57,614 nt of DNA from an uncultured Candidatus Saccharibacteria bacterium (GCA_964520645.1 CAZFND010000004.1:1-57614), one strand, 5' to 3'. Shown: positions 18,873-28,399, numbered from the stretch's first letter. A program made the numbers and translations. Notes: generated from the letters alone by a model not told the origin.

Positions 18873-19952
18873 ATGTATAGCACTAAGCTATTTTTAGCAC
18901 CACCTATTTCGGGGTTACATGAGCTTCATCTCATTGCTTCTTATTTTGGTAGAGATGATGGAAGCAATACTCTTTTTACATCAAAAAATCCTGCAAACTT
19001 TGCATATAAAAATTTCTCTTTTACTGAGAATATACTAGAAGCCAACTATATTCTCATCCCTAACAGCATAAAAAAGCTTGATCAAAACATACAAAATTAT
19101 TTAGACTCAGTCAGAAGCTTAGCGAAGAGACATAATAAAAAAGTGATAGTGTTTATTGGAGGAGACTTATCTCACGATGTATTTATTGATGACATGATTG
19201 TATTTAAGGGGTCGCAATATAAGTACATGATGCGATCTAATGAAATAATCGTACCACCGTTTGCTGAGGATTTGCTTGAGGGAGATCAATTAACTATCAG
19301 AAAAAAATCGAAAAACACCAACCAAAAACCTGTAGTGGGATTTTGTGGTTGGGCAGGATTTGCTAATGTTCCTCAATTAATAAAATATCATGCAAGAAAC
19401 CTACTTATTAACTTCCAAAAAATATTCCGCCCTCATCTTGAAGTTCACAAGAAGGGTTTGTATTTTAGAAGAAAAGCGATACAGATTTTACAAAAGTCTC
19501 AATTAGTTTCTACCAATTTTATTATTAGAAATTCTTTTTCTGCTAATACAAAAACAATTTCTCTTGATCCTGTTCAAGCAAGAAAAGAATATAAAGAAAA
19601 TATTATTAGTTCAGACTTTGTACTCACGCCAAAGGGGGATGCCAATTTCTCTGTCAGATTTTTTGAGGTGCTTACGCTCGGCAGAATTCCTATTCTTATA
19701 GATACTGAGACAGTATTACCGTTAGAAAATGTTATAGATTATTCTGAATTTATGTTAAAAGTGAATTATAGAGACTTGAAAAAGTTACCAGAGATTATTT
19801 CAGAGTTTTATGCTAATCTAACGCCAGATCAATTCAGTATCATGCAGCATAAAGCACGGGAGGCTTATGAACTCTATTTACGCTATGATAGATTCTTTAG
19901 TTATGTGTTTTCTGGCCCCGTTGAGCGGTTATTACGAGAGATAAGAAAATAA
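18873..19952 (+). CDS. Exostosin (GT47)-like glycosyltransferase
   Basis: The C-terminal SDFVLTPKGDANFSVRFFEVLTLGRIPILID matches the remembered exostosin-domain signature. Confidence 0.6.
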   Translation: MYSTKLFLAPPISGLHELHLIASYFGRDDGSNTLFTSKNPANFAYKNFSFTENILEANYILIPNSIKKLDQNIQNYLDSVRSLAKRHNKKVIVFIGGDLSHDVFIDDMIVFKGSQYKYMMRSNEIIVPPFAEDLLEGDQLTIRKKSKNTNQKPVVGFCGWAGFANVPQLIKYHARNLLINFQKIFRPHLEVHKKGLYFRRKAIQILQKSQLVSTNFIIRNSFSANTKTISLDPVQARKEYKENIISSDFVLTPKGDANFSVRFFEVLTLGRIPILIDTETVLPLENVIDYSEFMLKVNYRDLKKLPEIISEFYANLTPDQFSIMQHKAREAYELYLRYDRFFSYVFSGPVERLLREIRK

Positions 19953-19962
19953 ATCAAAATAT

Positions 19963-21540
19963 ATGCATAAAATAATTAATTCTATATATACTTTTATAAA
20001 AAATAATTGGCTGCCTCTTGCAATTATCAGTGTGGGGGTGATGATTCAGCTATTTTTCTTAACCCGATCTTTTAACTTTCTTCTAACCAATATTATTCCT
20101 GATGATGCATTTTATTACTTTCAAATTGCTCGCAATATTGTCACAGGTCATGGTTCAACGTTTGATGGTATTCATGCAACAAACGGCTATCATCCTCTTT
20201 GGCTTCTTATTCTTTTGCCCATATTCAAATTCTTCTCTGTAGGGGGTACATTAGATTTTACTCCGGTGTATCTAACTCTTTCTCTAGAAATTATATGCAA
20301 TACAATAGCTGGTGTAGTAATGCTTGTTATCCTATCCAGATATACACATAAGCAGTGGCTCAAAGCGTTTGCTCTTATGCTGTGGTTCCTCAATCCATTT
20401 ATGATCTATGAAATGATGAATGGTCTTGAAACTGGACTCTCACTTATGTTAGTGGCACTGTTTTTCTTGTGTACTCTTAATGTGCAAAAAAATGCATCAA
20501 GAAAAAATATAATTATTGCATCCATTGTTGGGGGATTAATGGTGCTTGCAAGAATAGATAATATCTTTTTCTTAGCGTTTTTCTATCTCTGGCTCTGGTC
20601 AAAAGATTTTTCATTTAATCATTTCAAAAAAGTTTTTGGTTTTGGACTGATCTCTCTTTTAGTCATTTCACCATTCTTTCTCTGGAACATTTTTGGTTTT
20701 CATATGCTACTTACTTCGGCATCCGAGGGTAATACACGGGTAAGTCATCAGCTTATTGTCCAAGATCATGGTACCAGCCTGTTCCAGACTGCAAAAGCTG
20801 CGGTGTATAGCACACATTATCAAATTGTTGAGTTGCTGACGCGCTCAGGCGTCCCCGCAGGAATTCTTATACTTATTGGAATGGGATTGGGATATTGGCT
20901 TATTAAAAAGCAGGGAACTATTGAAACACGAGTAGCATATCTAAACGTAGAATTATTTTTGTTTGCAGGATTTCTCACAAATTTTCTTGCAAATAGTGCT
21001 ATTAGATGGGTGGGGCGTCCATGGTACTTCGTAGCATTTACGATCTTTGTAATGATATTTGTTGTGTGGCTATTTGAGCAATTTTTCGATGCTCTTACTT
21101 ATAAAAAGATTTTTATAAGTGTTGGAGTAGCATTTTTACTTTTTTCATTCTATGTGAATTGGAGTAAAAATCTTAAGAATCAATATGTACTCCAGAGTCA
21201 GATGTTTGAAGCAGCTCACTGGATGAATACTCATTTACCACAAGATGCGGTTATTGGGTCATTTAATACCGGTATAGAGGGGTATTTCTCTCGCAATAGA
21301 GTGATTAATCTTGATGGCTTAGTAAACAATAGTATTGGCGAAGCCTTCAAGCAGAAAAAGATTTGGTCATATATTAAAGCTCAAAAGATTGGCTACATTA
21401 GTGACTTCGATATTTATCTTTCTTATAGATATAAAAGTTTTATAGACAATACCGATGTATTTAATTCACTTACATTAGTACATCAAATGACTGAAGATGA
21501 AAATGCTTCACGAGTACTCAAGATCTATAAAGTAAAATAG
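19963..21540 (+). CDS. Polytopic membrane protein, GT-C-like glycosyltransferase or polymerase candidate
   Basis: 525 aa with about 12 TM helices. An early loop DDAFYYFQIARNIVTGHGSTFDG...TNGYHPLW carries acidic residues at the GT-C position, followed by a soluble C-terminal domain. Confidence 0.55.
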   Translation: MHKIINSIYTFIKNNWLPLAIISVGVMIQLFFLTRSFNFLLTNIIPDDAFYYFQIARNIVTGHGSTFDGIHATNGYHPLWLLILLPIFKFFSVGGTLDFTPVYLTLSLEIICNTIAGVVMLVILSRYTHKQWLKAFALMLWFLNPFMIYEMMNGLETGLSLMLVALFFLCTLNVQKNASRKNIIIASIVGGLMVLARIDNIFFLAFFYLWLWSKDFSFNHFKKVFGFGLISLLVISPFFLWNIFGFHMLLTSASEGNTRVSHQLIVQDHGTSLFQTAKAAVYSTHYQIVELLTRSGVPAGILILIGMGLGYWLIKKQGTIETRVAYLNVELFLFAGFLTNFLANSAIRWVGRPWYFVAFTIFVMIFVVWLFEQFFDALTYKKIFISVGVAFLLFSFYVNWSKNLKNQYVLQSQMFEAAHWMNTHLPQDAVIGSFNTGIEGYFSRNRVINLDGLVNNSIGEAFKQKKIWSYIKAQKIGYISDFDIYLSYRYKSFIDNTDVFNSLTLVHQMTEDENASRVLKIYKVK

Positions 21541-22791
21541 TTAAATTCTTTTAAGTAAAAAGAGAGAAACGGCGAGATTAATAAATCGCGCTATGATTCG
21601 TGCGATAATGACTCCTACTAGACCAAGGGTATATGCAAACCCAATAAGCAATCCTATCTGTGCAATAGAAGCGGTAAGGCTAAAGTAATACAGTTCTTTT
21701 TTTGCCATTTGAGCATTGAGTGCTGTTTGAGGCAATGAAAAAAGACTTGGAATTAAAGTAAGAGCATATATTTGTGAATACCATACATACTGATGATATT
21801 TGGGGAATAGAATGCTGAACAAAAAAGGAGAGGCAAATATATAGATAAGAGTAATCGGAATCAATGCAATACTTAATAGAATAGTCCATTTGAAGACATG
21901 ATTTTTTAGATCATCTTTTTCTTTTACTGAATACTTTGGCATCGCAAGTGTAGAGAGTGACCGGGTCATAAATGTCTTAGCTTGATCTACCGGTGCTGTA
22001 GCAACAGAATAAATGGCCAAAGCACTGGCACCTACGACTTGAAATACTAGAATTTTATCTATAAGTGTCGCAACTGTACTGATCACATTTATGAAACTCA
22101 GATGGATCCCATTTTTGATTGCTTCAGGATCTTGAGAAGCTTGTGGGGAGATTTTTGATGCTAAATACCAGGTGAAAAATCCTCTAAATCCTGTCCAGAC
22201 AATGAAGTAGGTGAGAAGCATGCAATACACATTTTGAGTAAGTACTGCTACTCCTGCTAGCGCAAGGGTTGCTACTACTTGGCTGAGTGCGTATGAAAGT
22301 GTAGATTCTTTAAATTGCTTTTTCCCACTAAAGATAGCGTCATAAAGATTAAAAGAATCCATGAACGGAGTGAAGAGTGCAACAACAATAAAGCTCCAAC
22401 CTAATAGCCAATTTCCATGTGCTGCATAATAGATGGCAGTAATAATAGAGGCTAGCCCGCCAAGCATTCCAAAGCGAATACGAGTTTTAAGGGCAGGGAT
22501 GAAACTACCATCATTTCCCCGAGCGATTGCTTGTGTAATAGATGTTCCCATGCCATTCAAGTTGGCAATCGCAAAAAATCCTGCAACCGAAAGTACGTAT
22601 TTAAATACCCCAAGTGTCTGAGGTAATAGGAAGTTGGCGTATACAATAGAAAGTACAAATGAAGTAGTAGCAAGTACTACTTGGCTCACTCCTACCCAGA
22701 AGCTGCCTTTAGCGATATATACAAGATCTGCTTTTATATAAGCGCCTATTTTATTCAAAAAAGTATGAATATATTGGTTTAACTGAGCCAT
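21541..22791 (-). CDS. Wzx-type oligosaccharide flippase (MOP/PST family)
   Basis: 416 aa with 12-14 TM helices and polysaccharide-biosynthesis-protein-like topology, set inside a glycan cluster. Confidence 0.75.
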   Translation of the reverse strand: MAQLNQYIHTFLNKIGAYIKADLVYIAKGSFWVGVSQVVLATTSFVLSIVYANFLLPQTLGVFKYVLSVAGFFAIANLNGMGTSITQAIARGNDGSFIPALKTRIRFGMLGGLASIITAIYYAAHGNWLLGWSFIVVALFTPFMDSFNLYDAIFSGKKQFKESTLSYALSQVVATLALAGVAVLTQNVYCMLLTYFIVWTGFRGFFTWYLASKISPQASQDPEAIKNGIHLSFINVISTVATLIDKILVFQVVGASALAIYSVATAPVDQAKTFMTRSLSTLAMPKYSVKEKDDLKNHVFKWTILLSIALIPITLIYIFASPFLFSILFPKYHQYVWYSQIYALTLIPSLFSLPQTALNAQMAKKELYYFSLTASIAQIGLLIGFAYTLGLVGVIIARIIARFINLAVSLFLLKRI

Positions 22792-22837
22792 AATGCCTTG
22801 ATTATAGCATTTTTTAGGGTATTATTAAGTAAATTTT

Positions 22838-23197
22838 ATGGCAATATTATTTCTCATTCTTGCATTTATTATGAATGGAAGTGCAAGTATTTTGCTCAAG
22901 TTGCATGCTGAACGAGGCTTCAGTACAAAAAATATACTAAGCATTAGCATTATTACTCAAAATATTTATTTCTTTTTAGCGCTTTTCTTGTTTGCATGTA
23001 ATCTAATTTTTTATACGTTAGCGCTTACCAAGCTTCCATTATCAACTGCATATCCAATAATGGTAGTCATGAGTTTTCTTATTGTGAACTCTTTTTCGTT
23101 TTTTTATTTTAAAGAGCACATCACATTGCCTCAAGTAATAGGCTACATATGTATCGTAGTTGGAATTACTCTCGTTATCGGATTTTCTAAAATTTAA
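22838..23197 (+). CDS. 4-TM mini-transporter (SMR/ArnE-F/GtrA-like lipid-linked sugar flippase candidate)
   Basis: 119 aa with four evenly spaced TM helices. Neighbours are a GT2 and a polytopic transferase. Confidence 0.6.
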   Translation: MAILFLILAFIMNGSASILLKLHAERGFSTKNILSISIITQNIYFFLALFLFACNLIFYTLALTKLPLSTAYPIMVVMSFLIVNSFSFFYFKEHITLPQVIGYICIVVGITLVIGFSKI

Positions 23198-24294
23198 GAA
23201 ACTTTTTCCAATCTCTCAAATGTCTTGATCCAGACATACATACCATCAAAGTATTTTTTGAGAAATGCTTGATGCTCAGGAGTAATTTTTTGCTTCTCTA
23301 ATTTTTTAGTGAGGCCATCTGCTATTTCTCGAAGACATCCTAAGTAATCTTTCTTTGTTAATTTGATGCTTTTAAGCATATCTGTGAATACCGTAGTAAG
23401 CATCATTCCATTATCTTCTTTCGCAAGATCTTTCCAGAAGTTGTGTGGATTTCGATCTTGATTAACTATTGGAGTTCCAAAAGAAATATAGTGATCTTTG
23501 TAATCAGCAATTTTCTTGATTACATAGGCAGCCCAGATATCATCGTATCTTCCAATGTAAGGACTCAAGAAATATGCAGGAATAACTTCTCGGGCGATAG
23601 ATGTGTTTTGTGAATTGAAAGGGGACCAGGTGTCTTTTGCCAATGCAAAGCTACTCTTTCTCAAATACTTTGTCGCTGTAATAGGATCGTTCTGATAATA
23701 AAGTCGTGTAAGAGCATCAATATCAGGTTCTCCAAGCCAGAATCCTGCGTTCACGACTATCTTCACATTACTTGTCTTTGATTTTTTATTCTCTTTTAAG
23801 AATCGTACTTCTGGTGGATATCCGCGGTGATAGAAGGATCGTCCTTTTTTCTCTTTGAGATAATCACACACATTGAGCCATCCTGTACTTGAAGAAATAA
23901 CTTCCATCTTTTTCTCAAGACCAACAGTATGGTGCTTTACAAAATCACTTGATAAGAAGAAGTTGTCATCATCAATGGTGATAATAAAATCAACATTTTT
24001 TTCATAAGCAAGAAGCATTCCAATATTTCTTCGCTGAATAGAATTGAATACAAGATGCTCACCAAGTTCTGGAAATCTTTTCAAGTATTCTACTTGATCA
24101 TCAACGTCGAGATATTCTAATTCAACATTATATTTCTTTTGGAGCTTGAGACAGTAGGGCTTGGCTTCTGGTGGAGTCTTTTTGTCACCGATAATAATGA
24201 AAATACAGTCATGCTTATACTGTTTTACATTTTTAATATAATTTTCGAGTAATTTAGGAACATTAATAGTCGTTGTAACAATTGCTGATTTCAT
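23194..24294 (-). CDS. RGP/GT75-family protein (reversibly glycosylated polypeptide / UDP-L-arabinopyranose-mutase-like)
   Basis: IVTTTINVPKLLENY, IITIDDDNFF, FYHRGYPPEVR, NAGFWLGEPDIDALT and IGRYDDIWAAYV run collinear with the plant RGP motifs I remember (TIDDDCFV, VRGYPFS, HGLWLNIPDYDAPT, IGRYDDMWAGW). Confidence 0.7.
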   Translation of the reverse strand: MKSAIVTTTINVPKLLENYIKNVKQYKHDCIFIIIGDKKTPPEAKPYCLKLQKKYNVELEYLDVDDQVEYLKRFPELGEHLVFNSIQRRNIGMLLAYEKNVDFIITIDDDNFFLSSDFVKHHTVGLEKKMEVISSSTGWLNVCDYLKEKKGRSFYHRGYPPEVRFLKENKKSKTSNVKIVVNAGFWLGEPDIDALTRLYYQNDPITATKYLRKSSFALAKDTWSPFNSQNTSIAREVIPAYFLSPYIGRYDDIWAAYVIKKIADYKDHYISFGTPIVNQDRNPHNFWKDLAKEDNGMMLTTVFTDMLKSIKLTKKDYLGCLREIADGLTKKLEKQKITPEHQAFLKKYFDGMYVWIKTFERLEKVS

Positions 24295-24303
24295 GTGTGT
24301 ATA

Positions 24304-25317
24304 TTATTTTAAATTTTTATCTTTCAAACGTTTATGTGCATATTCTAATACTCGAGTCATACCTTTTCTTAAACTAATTTTTGGTTTCCATTTGATCTCT
24401 TTGTTTAAAATAGTAGTGTCTGCATATCGAGACTGCACTCCTACTGGTTTATCAATGAGTCTTTTTATCTCTGCTGTATGGCCTTCTATGTCACAGAAGA
24501 GTGCAATTAATTCATTAAAGCTAGTGAGGGTGCCACTTCCAATGTTAATTCCACGCCCATCTTTTACTTTATCGAGAATAATCATCATTGCATCTACACA
24601 ATCATCAATATGAACAAAGTCGCGGCCTTGTTCACCGGTGCCCCATACCTCTATTGGGCTGTCATGACGTGCCACTCTCAAGGCAATAGAAGGAGTAGGA
24701 TAGGTAAGATCCTGATCTTCACCATATCCAGAGAATGGGCGAACACAAGCAACATGAAGACCATATTTACTATGAGCAAGCCGCGCAAGAAATTCCCCAG
24801 TCAATTTTGACCATCCATAGGTCATATCTGGTTGACCGAGCTTTTCATTAAATTGAATATACTCTTCTTTAAGCGCAAGAGCTTTCTCTTCTGATTGAAG
24901 GTGAATAGGGTAGGCAGCTGATGAAGAAGCATAGAGCAATCTCTCAAGAACACCTTTTGATCGAGTAGCCCATGTAAAGAGCATCGAATCAATTGCAAGA
25001 TCATAGGAGACCATAAGTGGATCTCCATCAATCAAGCTTCTGCCACCAACAATAGAAGCTAAGTGATATACGTCACTAAAAGCTGGGACTTTTAATTTAC
25101 TTTTCTTTTCTATGATATCTGAAAAAAATTGAAGAGCGTTGGCCTGAACAAAAGTTACTTTTTTCATCTCAGCTTTAGTAAGCCATGTATCAGGATGTTT
25201 GCCGGTGAATAAATTATCTACTATCCAGATTTTCTCTCCTTTATCCAAAAGTGCTCGGACTAAATGTCTTCCCACAAAGCCGCAACCGCCAGTAACCAGA
25301 ATAGGTTTATTTTTCAT
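24304..25317 (-). CDS. Extended-SDR NAD-dependent nucleotide-sugar epimerase/dehydratase/decarboxylase
   Basis: VTGGCGFVGRHLV Rossmann motif, catalytic YGWSK, and FVHIDDCV. Confidence 0.88.
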   Translation of the reverse strand: MKNKPILVTGGCGFVGRHLVRALLDKGEKIWIVDNLFTGKHPDTWLTKAEMKKVTFVQANALQFFSDIIEKKSKLKVPAFSDVYHLASIVGGRSLIDGDPLMVSYDLAIDSMLFTWATRSKGVLERLLYASSSAAYPIHLQSEEKALALKEEYIQFNEKLGQPDMTYGWSKLTGEFLARLAHSKYGLHVACVRPFSGYGEDQDLTYPTPSIALRVARHDSPIEVWGTGEQGRDFVHIDDCVDAMMIILDKVKDGRGINIGSGTLTSFNELIALFCDIEGHTAEIKRLIDKPVGVQSRYADTTILNKEIKWKPKISLRKGMTRVLEYAHKRLKDKNLK

Positions 25318-26035
25318 AACGTTTTACAATCTTTTCTTTAGGCATAAATAATACCTTAAGTCCTATCCTAAAGTAAACAAAATTTCTAAAAAATGAATTT
25401 TGAGATTCGCCTTCTTTGCGAGCTGTCCATGAAGATGGAATTTCCTTTACACTATATCCAAGTCGCAAAGGCTTGATGAGCGTTTCAAACAAAAAGGGAT
25501 GACGAAGTTCTTCCCACTGAATACTTTTTACAATTTCTATTTTAAATATTCTATACGCAAAGGTGAGATCTGTAAGTTTTGTTCTGTAAAGCATTCTAAA
25601 GAACAGCTGGAATATTTTATTTAAGATAAATTTAAGAACATTGTAGCCTTCAAAGTGAGCATTTCCAATCCATCTGGAGCATGTCACAATATCTACGTTT
25701 TCATTCTTTATCGTTTTCAAAAGATCTTTTACGGTGTGAGGATCAGTCTCAAGATCAGATGCCATAAGGATTACATAGTCTCCCGTTGCCGCATCAAAGC
25801 CATCGCGAATAGCTCCACCTAAAAAGGGTAGCTTTTGTTCGAGATGCTGTATTGCTTGAGGATACTTTTGTTTGAGACGAGTAATGACGGCTCTACTAGG
25901 CTCTGTTGTATATTTAGGAGAAGTGATAATAAGAAAAACGAATGTTTCATTAGGGTTCTCCCGTACTATAATTTCAATCGTTTGTTCCAGAGAAAATGTT
26001 TCATTTATCACTGGTAGCAGGACAGTTGTTTTCAT
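25307..26035 (-). CDS. GT2 polyprenyl-phosphate glycosyltransferase (DPM1/ArnC/GtrB-like)
   Basis: 242 aa. Motifs LLPVINE, MASDLETDP, CSRW. The stop overlaps the downstream SDR start by 11 nt. Confidence 0.82.
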   Translation of the reverse strand: MKTTVLLPVINETFSLEQTIEIIVRENPNETFVFLIITSPKYTTEPSRAVITRLKQKYPQAIQHLEQKLPFLGGAIRDGFDAATGDYVILMASDLETDPHTVKDLLKTIKNENVDIVTCSRWIGNAHFEGYNVLKFILNKIFQLFFRMLYRTKLTDLTFAYRIFKIEIVKSIQWEELRHPFLFETLIKPLRLGYSVKEIPSSWTARKEGESQNSFFRNFVYFRIGLKVLFMPKEKIVKRYEK

Positions 26036-26092
26036 ATTTCTTTACTTAGGGATAATAATGCATTATTATCGAGTCTATAGCAAATTATTTAT

Positions 26093-28312
26093 ATGACATT
26101 AAACACTATTCTTCGTAGATGTATTTTACTCGGACTTTTTATTGTTCCATTTATTCCGTTTGTTGTTGCTAATAGTTTGTTTTTCCCATTTATTACAGGA
26201 AAAGCATTTACGTTTAGAATTATTGTAGAAATAATACTTGGTTGTTGGGCAGTGTTAGCACTTACAGATCGTAAGTATATGCCTAAGGGATCTGCATTAC
26301 TTTATGGTTTTGCTGCATTCGTAGCTCTTATTGCACTCTCAGACATCTTTGGAGCAAATCCATTTAAGAGTTTTTGGTCAAACTTCGAGCGAATGGAAGG
26401 TTTAATTACCCTTATCCATCTTTTTGCATACTTTGTTGTTGCTTCAACAGTGCTTTCTACAGAGAAACTTTGGAACTGGTTCTGGACTGCATCAATTGTT
26501 GCTAGTTTAGGAACTACTATTTTTGGTTTCATGCAATTAGCAGGGAAGTTTAAGATCAATCAAGGAGGTGCACGTCTTGATGCTACATTTGGAAATGCTT
26601 CATATCTTGCTATCTATGTTCTATTCCACATATTTATTACTGCTTTCATTCTAGTATCGCCACAACTCTTTTTACTTCTTCCATTCACAGCAAAAAAGGA
26701 TGCAAAGTATTGGAAATGGGGGATTGGGGCAGTAATTATTATTCTTGAGGGTATTATTCTTTACTACACTGCAACTCGAGGTGCATTCTTGGGGTTAATT
26801 GGAGGTGGAATATTAACGTCAATTCTCATTATTGTTTTTGAAAAGAATAATACTCTTGTAAAAAAGATCTCAATGGCGGTGCTTATTGGAGCAGTTGCAG
26901 TTGTAGGAGCATTCTTCTTGTTTAAGAATTCTTCATTTGTTACCAAGAGTCCTGTGCTTTCTCGATACTCATCTATTTCTCTCAACGATCCGACAACAAA
27001 GTCACGATTCTTACTCTGGAATATGGCATACCAAGGATTTAAAGAACGACCGATCTTAGGATGGGGACAAGAAAACTTCAACTTTGTATTTAATAAATAC
27101 TATAGTCCAAAATTGTATGGTCAGGAGCAATGGTTTGATCGAACTCACAATATTATCTTCGATTGGCTTATTGCTGGGGGTATTCTCGGTCTTGGTTCAT
27201 ATTTGTTCTTTTATGCTGCTCTTATCTGGTATATCTGGAAGCGAAGAGAAGGGGTCACAGCATTTTCAGTAGCAGAAAAAAGTATTCTTACTGGTATGCT
27301 TCTTGGATATTTCATTCACAACTTATTTGTGTTCGATAACTTAGTAAGTTATGTGATGTTTATGTCAGTTGCTGCATATGTATATTCGAGAACTGCATTG
27401 TGGAACAAAGAGTACACATCATCAGGATCTGAGAATAGATTTATTGGTCCTGTTGCACTTGCTGTTACTCTTGTTGTTATTTATTTCTTCAATGTGATTC
27501 CAATACAAAGTAATAAGACATTAATTGCTGCAATTACTCCCTATGGAGATGGAAAAGTTGATAAAAATATTGCAGCTTTTAAAGAAGTAATTGCTACTGG
27601 TTCTATTGGCACTGCAGAAGCTCGAGAGCAACTTCTCGGTATGGCTGGACAGTTATTGGATCAACCTCAAACAGCACTCAACGCGCAGAGTAGATCAGAC
27701 TTAATTGCTCTTGCAGGAGATGAAATGAAGAAGCAAATTGCTCAAGTGCCAAATGATGCACGGTTCCAGGTGCTTATGGGATCATTTCTCACGCAGCAGG
27801 CAAAGTATGCAGAGGCATTACCGTATCTTTCTAAAGCCGCAGACCTTTCTCCACAAAAGCAAACTATTCTTTTTGCAAAAGGCATTGCTTACATTGGTAA
27901 TCAAGATTATCCTCGTGCTCTTGAAACATTTAAGAAAGCATATGACCTTGAACCAAAGTATACTGAATCTCTTATCCAGTATGCAGCTGCAGCCCTCTAT
28001 GCAAAAAATGATACTCTTGCACAAGAATTATTAAAAAAGCTAGATCCACAAACAGTAATTCATGATGATAGAATTTTGCGAGCATATTATATAACAGGTC
28101 AAACTAAACCGCTCCTCGCTATTTGGAAAGAACGTCTCGCTCAAAATCCTACAGATCCACAATTACACCTTTCATTAGCGGCAGCATACCTTCTCGCAAA
28201 TGATCGAAAGAATGCAATAGCAGAAATTCAAGCAGTTATTAAGCTCGAGCCTGGGTTTAAAGAACAAGGAGATTTCTACATTAAAGAAATTCAGGCAGGA
28301 CGAAATCCGTAA
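26093..28312 (+). CDS. Wzy_C (O-antigen-ligase/O-OTase-like) polytopic membrane protein with C-terminal TPR repeats
   Basis: 739 aa. Motifs GARLDATFGNASYLAIYVLF, TATRGAFLG, ILGWGQENF, then about 250 aa of TPR-like repeats. Paralog of 43609..46014. Confidence 0.75.
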   Translation: MTLNTILRRCILLGLFIVPFIPFVVANSLFFPFITGKAFTFRIIVEIILGCWAVLALTDRKYMPKGSALLYGFAAFVALIALSDIFGANPFKSFWSNFERMEGLITLIHLFAYFVVASTVLSTEKLWNWFWTASIVASLGTTIFGFMQLAGKFKINQGGARLDATFGNASYLAIYVLFHIFITAFILVSPQLFLLLPFTAKKDAKYWKWGIGAVIIILEGIILYYTATRGAFLGLIGGGILTSILIIVFEKNNTLVKKISMAVLIGAVAVVGAFFLFKNSSFVTKSPVLSRYSSISLNDPTTKSRFLLWNMAYQGFKERPILGWGQENFNFVFNKYYSPKLYGQEQWFDRTHNIIFDWLIAGGILGLGSYLFFYAALIWYIWKRREGVTAFSVAEKSILTGMLLGYFIHNLFVFDNLVSYVMFMSVAAYVYSRTALWNKEYTSSGSENRFIGPVALAVTLVVIYFFNVIPIQSNKTLIAAITPYGDGKVDKNIAAFKEVIATGSIGTAEAREQLLGMAGQLLDQPQTALNAQSRSDLIALAGDEMKKQIAQVPNDARFQVLMGSFLTQQAKYAEALPYLSKAADLSPQKQTILFAKGIAYIGNQDYPRALETFKKAYDLEPKYTESLIQYAAAALYAKNDTLAQELLKKLDPQTVIHDDRILRAYYITGQTKPLLAIWKERLAQNPTDPQLHLSLAAAYLLANDRKNAIAEIQAVIKLEPGFKEQGDFYIKEIQAGRNP

Positions 28313-28344
28313 TTATCTTGTGGGGTAAATATAATCTTGTAAAT

Positions 28345-28379
28345 AAAAGAGCCTACACATAGGCTCTTTTATTATTTTT
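28345..28379 (+). terminator. Rho-independent terminator
   Basis: AGAGCCT (28348-28354) pairs with AGGCTCT (28361-28367), followed by TTTTATTATTTTT. Confidence 0.7.
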
Positions 28380-28399
28380 CAGCTTGTTTTTAGAAAAGC

